Below are positions 1-11,020 of a DNA stretch of 64,000 nucleotides, piece after piece. The notes under the pieces were generated by a model that did no database searches, was not told the origin of the DNA, and saw only the letters and a program-made list of their open reading frames with translations. Origin of the DNA: Methylotenera sp. (GTDB taxonomy: Bacteria; Pseudomonadota; Gammaproteobacteria; Burkholderiales; Methylophilaceae). The stretch spans positions 7,737 to 71,736 of the forward strand of contig JAVKLV010000001.1 of NCBI GenBank assembly GCA_031538905.1, read 5' to 3'. How positions within the stretch are numbered: the stretch's first letter is position 1; the number at the start of each line of letters is the position of its first letter. A program made the translations under genes and the position numbers.

Positions 1-22
1 GGCTAAATTGGTCAGTCAGTAA

Positions 23-1216
23 ATGCAAAATGTAACCATACTGGGTGCCACTGGCACTATCGGACTACAAACGCTGGAGGTTATTTCTCAACACGCAGAG
101 CGCTTTAAAGTCTTTGCTTTAGCTGCCAATAATAATGTTAACTCAATGCAGGCTTTATGCTGCACTTATCAACCTCAGTACGCTGTGATGTTGCAAGAGT
201 CTGCAGCTAAAGACTTGAGTGCGGAGTTAAAAAGCCTTGGTTTGAATACGATTGTACTCTCTGGCGCTACAGCGCTAAATGAGATTTCATCACATGAACA
301 AGTGGATATTGTGATGGCGGCAATTGTGGGCGCTGCTGGCTTGCATCCAGCCATTGCGGCAGCAAAAGCTGGTAAACGTATATTGTTAGCCAATAAAGAA
401 ACACTGGTGATGGCGGGTGACTTATTTATGCAAGCCGTGATTGATGGGGGTGCAACATTATTACCTATTGATAGTGAGCATAATGCTATTTTTCAAGTGA
501 TGCCACACAACCATGCTCAATACTCAATCCATGCACCATTAAGTCAGTTAGGCGTAAAGCGTGTGTTGCTGACCGCGTCCGGAGGCCCATTTCGTCACTC
601 AGATTTAAGCACACTCAACACGGTGACTAAAGCGCAAGCGCTCAATCATCCTAATTGGGTGATGGGGCCTAAAATTACCATAGATTCAGCCACAATGATG
701 AATAAAGGCTTAGAGGTGATTGAGGCGCATTGGTTGTTTAAGGCTGCACCCAAACAAATAGAGGTGCTTATTCATCCACAAAGTGTTGTTCATTCAATGG
801 TGGAGTATATTGATGGCAGTGTGCTTGCCCAGTTAGGCAATCCAGATATGCGTATTCCAATCGCTTATGGCTTGGCTTATCCAGAAAGAATGATGAGCGG
901 AGTGAGTAGCTTAGACTTGTTGACAACTGCCCGATTAGATTTTTTTCCACCAGATATGACGCGCTTTCCTTGCTTGCGCATTGCTTATGATGCCTTGAAT
1001 ATGGGCGGAACAGCGCCGGCAATCTTGAATGCCGCGAATGAAGTGGCTGTCGAAGCTTTTTTAGCTGAAAAAATCGGATTTATGGATATTCCTAAAATAA
1101 TTGAAAATATATTACTGTGTGCACATATTGTGCAAGTTGAATCAATTGAGCAGCTGGAGGCTGTTGACGCTGAGGCTAGGCTAGAAGCACAGGTGCAGGT
1201 TAAGGCAATATGCTAA
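23..1216 (+). CDS. dxr: 1-deoxy-D-xylulose-5-phosphate reductoisomerase
   Basis: 397-aa ORF. It has the N-terminal NADPH motif ILGATGTIG plus LANKE, IDSEHNA and NHPNWVMG...IDSATMMNKGLEVIEA, all typical of Dxr. Confidence 0.96.
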   Translation: MQNVTILGATGTIGLQTLEVISQHAERFKVFALAANNNVNSMQALCCTYQPQYAVMLQESAAKDLSAELKSLGLNTIVLSGATALNEISSHEQVDIVMAAIVGAAGLHPAIAAAKAGKRILLANKETLVMAGDLFMQAVIDGGATLLPIDSEHNAIFQVMPHNHAQYSIHAPLSQLGVKRVLLTASGGPFRHSDLSTLNTVTKAQALNHPNWVMGPKITIDSATMMNKGLEVIEAHWLFKAAPKQIEVLIHPQSVVHSMVEYIDGSVLAQLGNPDMRIPIAYGLAYPERMMSGVSSLDLLTTARLDFFPPDMTRFPCLRIAYDALNMGGTAPAILNAANEVAVEAFLAEKIGFMDIPKIIENILLCAHIVQVESIEQLEAVDAEARLEAQVQVKAIC

Positions 1217-2598
1217 ACGCACTCGCTTTTATATTTACCATGGGCATTTTGGTGCTTGTCCACGAGTATGGTCATTTTCAGGTGGCCAAGTGGTGTGGCG
1301 TTAAAGTATTGAGGTTTTCTGTTGGCTTTGGTAAGCCTCTGTGGCGCAAATTTTTTGGAAAAGACAAAACAGAGTTCATCCTTGCTGCGATTCCGCTCGG
1401 AGGCTATGTCAAAATGTTAGACGAGAAAGCCCTTGCTTTAGAGGGTCGGGGTGAGTTTTCAAGCTCAGCGCATTCTGAACAAGAGCTCATGCGCGCTTTT
1501 AATCGTCAGTCGGTAGCTAAGCGTATTGCTATTGTGCTTGCAGGGCCGCTTGCTAACTTATTGTTCGCCATTGCTTTATATTGGATATTATTTGTAGCAG
1601 GCATTGTGGGCGTGAAGCCTATTTTGGGTGAGGTGATTGATGAGAGCCCTGCTCAGGTTTCAGGTTTTATCTCTGGCGAAGAAATCAAAAAAATTAATGG
1701 AAAACCGGCTGAATCTTGGCAAGAAGTGAGCTGGATGCTGTTAAATCAATCTTTAAAAAATAAAAACCTAAAAATAGAAACGCTGAATTCAAAAAATGAG
1801 ATTAGAGAGCGCCATTTAGATTTAACAAAAATTGATTTAGATGACACGACGAAAAATGTGTTAACAATGGCTGGCTTTACAATGTATCAGCCAAGTGGCT
1901 TGGCGATTGTGGGTGAGGTGGTTAAAGGGGGCTCGGCAGATGTAGCGGGCATTAAAAAAAACGATTTAATTTTGATGGTGAATCATCAGCAAGTTGCGCT
2001 TTTAGATGACTTTGTAGACGAGGTTAAGCGTCATCCAAATCAACCGTTAGAGGTTTTGATTGAGCGAAATTTAAAGCAGATTACTTTAAATTTAACTCCA
2101 GAAAAGACGAGTCAGTATGGTCAAGAAGTAGGGCGTGTTGGCATCGCTTTTAAAGTGCCCCAAAAAGAGCTGGACAAGATTTTTATAACCAGCCGCTACG
2201 CTGTATCTGATGCTTTTTTAAAAGCTGTCGAAAAAACATGGGAAACTTCAATTTTTACGCTCAAAATGTTAGGAGAAATGATCACGGGAGAAGCCTCTTT
2301 TCGTAACGTGAGTGGCCCTATTACCATCGCAAGCTATGCTGGGCAAAGCGCACAAATAAGCTTTGAAGCTCTGGGTGCGTTTTTGGCGGCGATAAGTATT
2401 AGCATTGGTGTGCTTAATCTATTGCCTATACCAGTGTTAGATGGCGGCTATTTGATGTATTATGTTGTAGAAATTTTTACTGGAAAAGCAGCTTCTGATT
2501 TAGCTGTAAATATAGGGCAAAAAATAGGTATTTTTTTGCTGGCTTGTATGATGGCTTTGGCTTTTTATAACGACATTCACAGGCTCATCGCAGCTTAA
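1210..2598 (+). CDS. rseP: RIP zinc metalloprotease RseP (site-2 protease)
   Basis: 462 aa, with the ATG overlapping the dxr stop by 7 nt. It has an HEYGHF zinc motif in the first TM helix, a central PDZ-like region, and the C-terminal [12 protein letters not shown] motif. Confidence 0.95.
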   Translation: MLNALAFIFTMGILVLVHEYGHFQVAKWCGVKVLRFSVGFGKPLWRKFFGKDKTEFILAAIPLGGYVKMLDEKALALEGRGEFSSSAHSEQELMRAFNRQSVAKRIAIVLAGPLANLLFAIALYWILFVAGIVGVKPILGEVIDESPAQVSGFISGEEIKKINGKPAESWQEVSWMLLNQSLKNKNLKIETLNSKNEIRERHLDLTKIDLDDTTKNVLTMAGFTMYQPSGLAIVGEVVKGGSADVAGIKKNDLILMVNHQQVALLDDFVDEVKRHPNQPLEVLIERNLKQITLNLTPEKTSQYGQEVGRVGIAFKVPQKELDKIFITSRYAVSDAFLKAVEKTWETSIFTLKMLGEMITGEASFRNVSGPITIASYAGQSAQISFEALGAFLAAISISIGVLNLLPIPVLDGGYLMYYVVEIFTGKAASDLAVNIGQKIGIFLLACMMALAFYNDIHRLIAA

Positions 2599-2618
2599 AT
2601 TGCAACACTTTTAAAAAA

Positions 2619-4931
2619 ATGAAACATTTAAAAAATATCATTAAAACTCTAAAACTTAAGTTCTGTGCAATGTGTGTTTTAGGATTGTTTGCAAATTCAG
2701 CTTTTGCGTTAGAGCCTTTTATTGTAAAAGATATTAGTGTTGAAGGCTTACAGCGCACAGAGGCGGGCACGGTATTCACCTATTTGCCAGTAAAAGTGGG
2801 TGAGATGATGAATGATGAGCTTGCTACGCAAGCCATTAAAGCTTTATATGGCACAGGGTTTTTTAAAGATGTGCGCATTGAGGTAGAAGATGAAGTTTTG
2901 ATTGTTACGGTGCAAGAGCGCGCTTCTATTGCAAAAATTGACTTAAGTGGTAATAAATCTTTTCCCACAGAAAAGATGAAAGAGGGATTAAAACAAATTG
3001 GTATTTCTGAAGGTGAAATTTTTGATCGCTCAAAATTAGATAAGGCTGAGCAAGAGATTAAGCGCCAATATCTGTCGCAGGGTAAGTATGGTGCAACTGT
3101 TAAGGCTGTCGAGTCTTTGTTAGATCAAAATCGAGTTGCTGTGCGCTTTGATATTGAAGAGGGGTCGGTTTCAAAAATTCGTAGTATTAACATTATAGGC
3201 AATCAAGCTTTTAGTACCGATGATTTGAAAGCTGAATTTTTGCTTACAACACCTAATTGGATGAGTTGGTGGAATAAAGATGATCAGTATTCCAAGCAAA
3301 AGTTGAATGCAGACCTTGAGACGCTGCGTTCATTTTATTTAAACCAAGGTTATTTAGAGTTTAATATCGACTCAACGCAAGTTTCAATTACGCCTGATAA
3401 AAAAGACATTTACATTACGGTGAATGTCACAGAAGGCCAAAAATACACTATTTCAGAAATCAAGCTGGCTGGCGAAACTATTTTGGGTAAAGATGAAATT
3501 GAGCGACTCATCCCCATTAAAAAAGGCGACACCTTCAGCCGCGAGCAAATTACACAAGCAAGCAAGGCTATTAGTGACCGATTAAGTAATGATGGGTATG
3601 CGTTTTCAAACGTTAATCCTGTGCCAGAGATAAACAAAGAGCAGCATACTGCGGCATTTACTTTTTATATTGATCCTGGAAGACGCATTTATATTAGGCG
3701 CATCAATATCGCTGGCAACACCAGAACACGTGATGAAGTCGTGCGCCGTGAGGTAAGGCAGCTGGAGTCAGCATGGTATGCTTCAGATAAAATCAATCGT
3801 TCTAAAGAGCGCTTGATTAGAACTGATTTTTTCTCTGATGTGAATGTTGAAACGCCCAACGTTCCTGGCACGTCAGATCAAGTGGATTTAAACATCAGTG
3901 TTACCGAAAAATCAACTGGCAGCGTGCAGTTTGGCGCGGGTTTATCGAGTAGTGATGGGGTGACGTTTGGCGTGACTGTTAATCAAAATAACTTTTTAGG
4001 CACCGGCAACCAAGTGCGGGCTCAAGTGAATACAGCCAAAGTAAATACTACTTATTCGATGTCGTTTACTGACCCATATTTCACACCAGACGGGGTAAGT
4101 CGCGGCTTTGATTTTTATCGTCGTGATGTTAATACCGACTCGCTCAATGTGGCCTCTTATCGTTCATCATCCTATGGTGGCGGGCTGAGATTTGGTGTTC
4201 CTTTAAATGAGCGTGATGCCGCAAGTTTTGGTTTGGCGGTCGATTTAACTAAAATTGATTTAAATTCAGCAAGTCCGGTGCAATATCGAGATTTTTGTGG
4301 AAACTCAACAGGCTGTAGCAGCAATTCTTTTGTGGCCTCGGTGGGCTGGGCACATGATACGCGCGACAGTGTGATATATACCAATGATGGTGTATTGCAG
4401 AAAATTAGCGCTGAGCTTTCTTTGCCAGTGATGGATTTGAACTACTACAGGCTTGACTATAAGCAAAGTTGGTTTAAGGGTGTATATAAAGACGTAACTT
4501 TGATGCTGAACGGCGAAATAGGCTATGCCAACTCTTACGGTAACAAAAATTATCCTTTCTTTAAAAATTACTACATGGGCGGCGTAAACAGTGTGCGTGG
4601 TTATCAAGAGAGTTCATTGGGTTCGCGGGCAGTAGATCCTAGTAGTAATGGTACTTATGCGACTGGTGGTAACAAGCGCCTGCTGGGTAATGCTGAGTTT
4701 TTTACGCCCATTCCAGGGTTAAAAGATTCTAAGCAGTTTAGGTTAAGTGCCTTTGTAGACGGCGGCAATGTCTATGACGGTAACTACGACTTGAATGAGT
4801 TGCGCTACTCTACAGGGCTGGGTGTGAGCTGGATATCGCCCTTTGGTCCCATCAAGCTTATTTATGCTAAACCAATCAATAATAAAACTGGCGATCTTGT
4901 GCAGAGTGTTCAGTTTCAGCTTGGCCAATAA
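2619..4931 (+). CDS. bamA: outer membrane protein assembly factor BamA
   Basis: 770 aa with a signal peptide (…ANSAFALE), repeated POTRA-like modules, and a C-terminal beta-barrel with alternating aromatic pattern. It sits at the canonical position between rseP and skp. Confidence 0.95.
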   Translation: MKHLKNIIKTLKLKFCAMCVLGLFANSAFALEPFIVKDISVEGLQRTEAGTVFTYLPVKVGEMMNDELATQAIKALYGTGFFKDVRIEVEDEVLIVTVQERASIAKIDLSGNKSFPTEKMKEGLKQIGISEGEIFDRSKLDKAEQEIKRQYLSQGKYGATVKAVESLLDQNRVAVRFDIEEGSVSKIRSINIIGNQAFSTDDLKAEFLLTTPNWMSWWNKDDQYSKQKLNADLETLRSFYLNQGYLEFNIDSTQVSITPDKKDIYITVNVTEGQKYTISEIKLAGETILGKDEIERLIPIKKGDTFSREQITQASKAISDRLSNDGYAFSNVNPVPEINKEQHTAAFTFYIDPGRRIYIRRINIAGNTRTRDEVVRREVRQLESAWYASDKINRSKERLIRTDFFSDVNVETPNVPGTSDQVDLNISVTEKSTGSVQFGAGLSSSDGVTFGVTVNQNNFLGTGNQVRAQVNTAKVNTTYSMSFTDPYFTPDGVSRGFDFYRRDVNTDSLNVASYRSSSYGGGLRFGVPLNERDAASFGLAVDLTKIDLNSASPVQYRDFCGNSTGCSSNSFVASVGWAHDTRDSVIYTNDGVLQKISAELSLPVMDLNYYRLDYKQSWFKGVYKDVTLMLNGEIGYANSYGNKNYPFFKNYYMGGVNSVRGYQESSLGSRAVDPSSNGTYATGGNKRLLGNAEFFTPIPGLKDSKQFRLSAFVDGGNVYDGNYDLNELRYSTGLGVSWISPFGPIKLIYAKPINNKTGDLVQSVQFQLGQ

Positions 4932-5048
4932 GATTTAATCAACATTCAGTGTTAAATTTCAATTGTATTTGAGTGATTGTCGGGCATGAAAAATGAGTAT
5001 GCTGTGTCATAATAATAGCTGTTATAAAGTATTTTTTAGGGGATTAAA

Positions 5049-5552
5049 TTGAGTCATTTATTGAAAAAATTAGTTTTAGCTGGTTTTATGAGTACTTCTT
5101 TGCTTGCTGCAGCTGCTGAAGTTAAAGTCGCTTACGTGCAGGTTGATAAAATTTTACAAGAAGCGCCGCAAACAGCTGAAAGTGGTAAGAAGTTGGAAAA
5201 AGAATTTAGTCCTCGCACTCAAGAGTTAGATCGTATGGCAAGGCAGATTAAAGATTTAGAAAACGTGCTTGATAAAGATGGCTCAACCATGAACGATGCT
5301 GACCGTCGCGGAAAAGAGCGTGATATGCAAAATATCAAAACTGAATTTCAACGTAAACAACGCGAGTTACGCGAAGATATTAACTTACGTAAAAATGAAG
5401 AGCTGGTTGGCTTGCAAGAGCGCATCAATAAGGCTGTGCAGTCAGTTGCCAAAGCCGAAAACTATGATTTAGTGATGTACAGTGGCGTTGCTTATGCTGC
5501 AGATAAAATTGATATTACTGATAAGATATTGAAATCTTTAGGTAAAAAATAG
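5049..5552 (+). CDS. skp: periplasmic chaperone Skp (OmpH family)
   Basis: 167 aa with a signal peptide (…SLLAAAAEV) and a Lys/Glu/Arg-rich coiled-coil body. Only the TTG at 5049 keeps the signal peptide. An AGGGGA RBS lies at 5038-5043. Confidence 0.88.
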   Translation: MSHLLKKLVLAGFMSTSLLAAAAEVKVAYVQVDKILQEAPQTAESGKKLEKEFSPRTQELDRMARQIKDLENVLDKDGSTMNDADRRGKERDMQNIKTEFQRKQRELREDINLRKNEELVGLQERINKAVQSVAKAENYDLVMYSGVAYAADKIDITDKILKSLGKK

Positions 5553-5599
5553 TATTGATTAAAACGCAATATAGCACGATAGGTAATTTTTAAGGCGTT

Positions 5600-6661
5600 G
5601 TGATGAGTAAAAATTACACTCTTAATGATATCGTGCGTATATTAGGTGGTCGTGTTGTAGGTGATGGTGAGATTGAAATTTCTCGAGTTTCATCTCTTGA
5701 TAATGCAACATCAGGTGATATTTGCTTTATTAGTGATGCTAAATATCAGCAAGCACTTAGCATAAGCGCTGCAAGTGCGGTTATATTGCGTGAAAAAGAT
5801 GCCGCATTTGCGGCTATTCCCAAAATTATTGTAGATCAGCCTTATGCCTACTTTGCTAAGTTGGCTGTATTGCTTAACCCTCCTTCATTACCTATTTTAG
5901 GTATCAGTCCTAGTGCAGTGGTAGATGTGAGCGCTCAAATACCCCCCACTTGTAGTGTTGGCGCTTTTGTTGTGATTGGTGCACATGTTGTGCTGGGCGA
6001 GGGTGTGGTAATTGGCAGTGGCTGCTTCATAGAAGATCATGTGACGATTGCTGCTGGTACTAAATTAGAGTCTGGCGTAACGATTAAGCAGCATTGCATT
6101 GTTGGTAAGAATTGCCACCTATTTTCTGGCGTTGTAATTGGTTCAGATGGCTTTGGTTATACTGAAGAAGAGGGACGGTGGTTAAAAATCCCACAACTTG
6201 GTCGTGTCATTATTCATGATAACGTGGATGTTGGTGCAAATACCACCATAGACCGCGGAACGCTTGATGATACTGTGATTGAAGAAGGTGTTAAATTAGA
6301 CAATCTTATTCAAATTGGTCATAACTGTGTGATTGGCGCGCATACAATCATTGCAGCTTGCACGGGGATTGCTGGCAGCGCTAGGCTTGGGCGTCATTGT
6401 AAAATTGGCGGGGCGGCAATGATTCTAGGGCACCTGAGCATTGCTGATCATGTGACGATTTCTCCAGGCAGTATGATTACGCGATCCTTATCTGTTTCTG
6501 ATACTTATACGGCTTTAATGCCCTTTCAAAATCATCGTGCGTGGTTAAATACCGCTGCTAAAATTCGTCACTTAGACAGCTTTGCAGATAAAATTAAAGC
6601 GCTAGAAAGCGCCTTGGCTCTGTTAAAATTAAATCATTCAAGCGCACAAAAAGATGAGTAG
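5600..6661 (+). CDS. lpxD: UDP-3-O-(3-hydroxyacyl)glucosamine N-acyltransferase
   Basis: 353 aa with a long run of hexapeptide (left-handed beta-helix) repeats. It lies between skp and fabZ. The start is either GTG 5600 or ATG 5603. Confidence 0.93.
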   Translation: MMSKNYTLNDIVRILGGRVVGDGEIEISRVSSLDNATSGDICFISDAKYQQALSISAASAVILREKDAAFAAIPKIIVDQPYAYFAKLAVLLNPPSLPILGISPSAVVDVSAQIPPTCSVGAFVVIGAHVVLGEGVVIGSGCFIEDHVTIAAGTKLESGVTIKQHCIVGKNCHLFSGVVIGSDGFGYTEEEGRWLKIPQLGRVIIHDNVDVGANTTIDRGTLDDTVIEEGVKLDNLIQIGHNCVIGAHTIIAACTGIAGSARLGRHCKIGGAAMILGHLSIADHVTISPGSMITRSLSVSDTYTALMPFQNHRAWLNTAAKIRHLDSFADKIKALESALALLKLNHSSAQKDE

Positions 6662-6718
6662 CACGCATTTAAGTGTGACCACAAAATATCTCTTAATAAA
6701 GAAGTTAATCGAGGCAAT

Positions 6719-7195
6719 ATGACCAATAATATCGAACCCATCAGTATGGATATTTATGAAATACTTGAGCATTTGCCGCATCGTTATCCGTTCGTTCTGA
6801 TTGATCGCGTGATTGACTTAAAACTAGGCACAGAAATCACTGCATTAAAAAATGTAACAATGAATGAGCCATTTTTCCCGGGCCATTTTCCTCATCATCC
6901 GGTGATGCCTGGTGTGTTGATTGTAGAGGCGATGGCTCAAGCTGCGGCGGTGTTGTCTTTTAAAACAATGGGGCAAAAGCCAAGCGACGACTCGGTTTAC
7001 TATTTTGCGGGCATTGATAGCGCGCGTTTTAAAAAACCAGTTTCTCCGGGCGATCAACTGATTTTAAATGTAAAAATTGACCGTATACTCAAAGGTATTT
7101 GGAAGTACATTGGCGTTGCAACGGTGGATGGTGTTGTGGTGGCTGAAGCTCAAATGATGTGTATCCTAAAAGAGATAGAAAAAAAAGAGAAGTAA
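6719..7195 (+). CDS. fabZ: 3-hydroxyacyl-ACP dehydratase FabZ
   Basis: 158 aa with the hot-dog active-site motif [23 protein letters not shown]. Confidence 0.96.
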   Translation: MTNNIEPISMDIYEILEHLPHRYPFVLIDRVIDLKLGTEITALKNVTMNEPFFPGHFPHHPVMPGVLIVEAMAQAAAVLSFKTMGQKPSDDSVYYFAGIDSARFKKPVSPGDQLILNVKIDRILKGIWKYIGVATVDGVVVAEAQMMCILKEIEKKEK

Positions 7196-7198
7196 GCG

Positions 7199-7981
7199 AT
7201 GCAAACAACAAAAATTCACGCGACGGCAATCATTGATGCGCGCGCAGAGATTGATTCTAGTGTTGAAATAGGGCCTTATAGCGTTATTGGTCCTCACGTT
7301 AAAGTTGATGCGGGCACTCGTATTGCAGGTCATGTAACGATTAACGGCCCCACAACAATTGGTAAAAATAACCAAATTTTTCAGTATTCTTCTTTAGGCG
7401 AGGCCCCGCAAGATAAAAAATATAAAGGCGAGCCGACCTTGCTTGAAATTGGTGACAATAATACCATTCGTGAGTTTTGTACGTTCAATCGAGGCACTTC
7501 GCAAGATAAGGGCGTGACTAAAATGGGTAACAATAATTGGGTGATGGCTTATGTGCATATTGCACATGACTGTCAAATTGGTCATCACACGATTTTTGCC
7601 AATAACTCTTCGTTAGCCGGTCACGTGGATATTGATGACTATGCAATTCTTGGTGGCTTCACTCTTATTCATCAGTTTTGTAAAGTGGGTGCGCACGTTA
7701 TTACCGCGGTTGGGTCTGTTGTATTTAAAGATATTCCTCCTTATGTGACTGCTGCAGGGTACGATGCCAAGCCTCATGGCATTAACGCCGAAGGCTTAAA
7801 GCGTAGAGGCTTTAGTGCGGAAAGTATTTTGCAAATTAAGCGTGCTTATAAGGCTTTGTATCGTAATGGTTTAAGCTTAGAAGAAGCGAAAATAGAGCTG
7901 ACAGAGATGTGCTTAACAGCGCCAGAAATTGGCTTGCTGACTGATTTTTTCAATAAATCCACGCGCGGTATTGTGCGCTAA
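7199..7981 (+). CDS. lpxA: acyl-ACP--UDP-N-acetylglucosamine O-acyltransferase
   Basis: 260 aa with hexapeptide repeats followed by a helical C-terminal domain. It sits immediately after fabZ. Confidence 0.95.
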   Translation: MQTTKIHATAIIDARAEIDSSVEIGPYSVIGPHVKVDAGTRIAGHVTINGPTTIGKNNQIFQYSSLGEAPQDKKYKGEPTLLEIGDNNTIREFCTFNRGTSQDKGVTKMGNNNWVMAYVHIAHDCQIGHHTIFANNSSLAGHVDIDDYAILGGFTLIHQFCKVGAHVITAVGSVVFKDIPPYVTAAGYDAKPHGINAEGLKRRGFSAESILQIKRAYKALYRNGLSLEEAKIELTEMCLTAPEIGLLTDFFNKSTRGIVR

Positions 7982-7998
7982 CTAATTTATCGATTGTT

Positions 7999-9132
7999 AT
8001 GATTAAAATTGGCATTGTGGCTGGAGAAGCTTCTGGTGATTTGCTTGGCAGCCACCTTATGCAAGCCTTAAAAGCCAAGCGTTCAGATATTGAGTTTATT
8101 GGTATTGCTGGGCCTAAAATGATGCACGAGGGCGCGCGGTCAATGTTTCCGATTGAGCGACTCTCTATACGTGGGTATGTTGAGGTGATTAAACACCTTT
8201 ATGGCTTACTTAAATTACGCCGTCAATTATTTAATTATCTAATTTCTCAAAAAATAGATTTGTTTATTGGCATTGATGCGCCTGATTTTAATTTTGGCTT
8301 AGAGCGAAAATTAAAAAACAAAGGCATTAAAACCATTCATTATGTGAGTCCTTCTATATGGGCTTGGCGAAAAAACCGTATTTATAAAATTAAACGTTCT
8401 GTTTCACATATGTTGGCTTTATTTCCATTTGAGCCTACTTTGTACCAAAATGCAGGCATTACCACGAGCTATGTAGGGCACCCTTTGGCTGATATATTGC
8501 CGATCGAGCCCAATGTAATTGCTGCGCGTGCGCGCTTGAAGTTAAAGTCAGACAGGCTGGTGGTTGCGATGCTGCCTGGCAGTCGTCAAAGTGAAGTTAA
8601 GCAACACGCAGATTTGTTTTTAAAAACTGCTAAATTGATTTTGGCTGATTATCCTGATGCAGTTTTTTTGTTGCCTTTGGTGACGCGTCAAACGCGACAT
8701 ATTGTTGAATCAATGATATTTCATGAGCCAGATACTTTACCCATTCAAATTTTGTTTGGTCACGCACATGATGCGATGGAGGCTGCAAATGTTGTCATTG
8801 TTGCCTCAGGTACTGCAACGCTTGAGGCTGCGCTACTTAAAAAACCAATGGTCATTACTTATCGCATGAATCGTTTGAGTTGGTATATTCTGAAGTGGAT
8901 GCGTTTGCAGCCCTATGTGGGCTTGCCAAACATTTTGGCACAAAGGTTTGTGGTGCCAGAGCTTTTGCAACATGACGCTACCCCGGAAAAAATAGCTGAA
9001 GCTGCCATGCTGCAAATCAATGATGCAACTCGTCTTACTGAAATCAAAGATGAATTTACAAAAATTCATTATCTTTTACGGCAAAATACAGCCGAAAAAG
9101 CTTCAGATGCAGTACTTTCACACTTTGTTTAA
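7999..9132 (+). CDS. lpxB: lipid-A-disaccharide synthase
   Basis: 377 aa with the N-terminal IVAGEASGDLLG motif. It occupies the lpxA-lpxB-rnhB position. Confidence 0.93.
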   Translation: MIKIGIVAGEASGDLLGSHLMQALKAKRSDIEFIGIAGPKMMHEGARSMFPIERLSIRGYVEVIKHLYGLLKLRRQLFNYLISQKIDLFIGIDAPDFNFGLERKLKNKGIKTIHYVSPSIWAWRKNRIYKIKRSVSHMLALFPFEPTLYQNAGITTSYVGHPLADILPIEPNVIAARARLKLKSDRLVVAMLPGSRQSEVKQHADLFLKTAKLILADYPDAVFLLPLVTRQTRHIVESMIFHEPDTLPIQILFGHAHDAMEAANVVIVASGTATLEAALLKKPMVITYRMNRLSWYILKWMRLQPYVGLPNILAQRFVVPELLQHDATPEKIAEAAMLQINDATRLTEIKDEFTKIHYLLRQNTAEKASDAVLSHFV

Positions 9133-9149
9133 TTAACACATAGGCTTAA

Positions 9150-9767
9150 TTGATGTCGCGGCTTATTTGTGGTGTAGACGAGGCGGGACGCGGACCTTTG
9201 GCAGGTTCTGTTTATGCTGCATCGGTTATTTTAAACCCTGCTCATCCCATACTGGGTTTGGCAGACTCTAAAAAACTCTCTGAAAAGAAACGTGACTTAT
9301 TAAGCATTCAAATTAAACAGCACGCACTTGCCTGGGCTATAGCCAGTGTGAGCGCCCAAGAAATTGATCAAATCAATATTTTGCAAGCCAGCATGCTTGC
9401 TATGAAACGTGCGATAGAGCATATGCAGACGCAGTTTGATATCAGCCAAAACATAGGTGAGATCTTGGTTCAGGTTGATGGTAATCGATGTCCTCAAATT
9501 GCTTTTCCGTGTGAGGCAATTGTCAAGGGAGATAGCAAAGTGCAAGCAATTTCAGCCGCTTCTATTCTAGCTAAAGTGGCGCGAGATGCCGAGTTGTATA
9601 TACTCGATAAAGATTATCCTCAATATGGTTTTGCGCAACATAAAGGCTACCCAACAGCCATGCATTTGTCGGCACTTAAGAAGCATGGCGTTTGCCCTTG
9701 GCATCGCATGACTTATGCGCCCGTTAAGCGTCTCTGTGAGGCAAATATAGTGATGCTAGGTCGATGA
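9150..9767 (+). CDS. rnhB: ribonuclease HII
   Basis: 205 aa with the catalytic [12 protein letters not shown] motif. The start is either TTG 9150 or ATG 9153. Confidence 0.95.
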   Translation: MMSRLICGVDEAGRGPLAGSVYAASVILNPAHPILGLADSKKLSEKKRDLLSIQIKQHALAWAIASVSAQEIDQINILQASMLAMKRAIEHMQTQFDISQNIGEILVQVDGNRCPQIAFPCEAIVKGDSKVQAISAASILAKVARDAELYILDKDYPQYGFAQHKGYPTAMHLSALKKHGVCPWHRMTYAPVKRLCEANIVMLGR

Positions 9768-9973
9768 TTGTTTCAACGAGCCTATCACGCAAAAAATGTA
9801 ACCAAGCTTATTTTGAGTATGCTTAAAAAATTCACTTAATCATTGTTTTTATTATATGGTTTACTTTTTTTAATTTTTTATTACTCAGGTGGATTTTTAC
9901 AGGAATCTCAATTAAATGATGATGTGTGCTATCGTTTCATCATATTGATCGTTTGTAGAAATAAAAAAGCATC

Positions 9974-11008
9974 ATGACAAAAGAATCCGCTTCATCATCC
10001 GTGTCTCAATGTGAGATAGCCGCTTGGCTTCTCACGGGATTATTCTTGATATTTGTGCTTCAATTTAGCTTGCTGCCTGCTTTGCTTGCTGGGCTTTTGA
10101 TTTTCGAGCTTGTTCGCATGATTACCCCTTTAATTGCACAAAAATTCCCAAGTAAAAAACCTAGCAACCGATCTAAGTTTTGGGCTGTGGGTATTTTGGT
10201 GTTTACTTTGGTAGGTTTATTGACGTTGGCAGGTGGAGCGCTGGCGACTTTTTTAAGGTCAGACTCGGGCAGCCTTCCTGCATTGCTTGCAAAAATGGCG
10301 CAGATTCTTGAAGACTCACGCAGAATACTCCCTGCTTGGATGATTAAACATTTGCCGGCTGATGCAATTGCATTGAAAGAGCAAGCTTCAGCTTGGTTGC
10401 GCGTTCATGCTGATGATTTGCAAGGTGTTGGTCAAGAAGCTGGGCGGGTCACGGTACATATTTTAATTGGCTTGATTATCGGAGGCATTTTAGCTGTGCG
10501 AGAGAGCGTTGCTAGTCAAGATTTAAAGCCATTTGCGCGAGCATTGAGCTGTCGCGGTGAGCTATTTGGCGATGCTTTTAGATGTGTTGTTTTTGCACAA
10601 TTACGTATTTCAGCAATTAACACGACACTGACAGGTATTTATTTGGCAATTATTTTGCCGCTGATGGGAATACATTTGCCGCTGATTAAAACAATGATTG
10701 CCATTACATTTTTGGTTGGGTTGATTCCAGTGGTGGGTAATTTAATCTCTAATACAGTGATTGTAGTGGTTAGCTTGAGTCAGTCGCTTATTGTGGCAAT
10801 GGTTTCTTTAAGTTACTTGGTGGTCATTCATAAGTTTGAGTATTACTTAAATGCACGCATCATTGGCGGAAAAATTCGCGCTAACACCTGGGAGATTTTA
10901 ATTACCATGGTATGTTTGGAAGCCGCGTTTGGTATAGCGGGGGTGATTGCTGCCCCCATTTATTATGCTTATATCAAGTCTGAACTACGCGAGAAAAATT
11001 TAGTCTAG
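9974..11008 (+). CDS. AI-2E (PerM/UPF0118) family transporter
   Basis: 344 aa and polytopic (about 8 hydrophobic segments). It has the family-typical GLIPVVGNLISN segment late in the protein. No substrate can be inferred. Confidence 0.7.
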   Translation: MTKESASSSVSQCEIAAWLLTGLFLIFVLQFSLLPALLAGLLIFELVRMITPLIAQKFPSKKPSNRSKFWAVGILVFTLVGLLTLAGGALATFLRSDSGSLPALLAKMAQILEDSRRILPAWMIKHLPADAIALKEQASAWLRVHADDLQGVGQEAGRVTVHILIGLIIGGILAVRESVASQDLKPFARALSCRGELFGDAFRCVVFAQLRISAINTTLTGIYLAIILPLMGIHLPLIKTMIAITFLVGLIPVVGNLISNTVIVVVSLSQSLIVAMVSLSYLVVIHKFEYYLNARIIGGKIRANTWEILITMVCLEAAFGIAGVIAAPIYYAYIKSELREKNLV

Positions 11009-11020
11009 TCGCACTTATAT

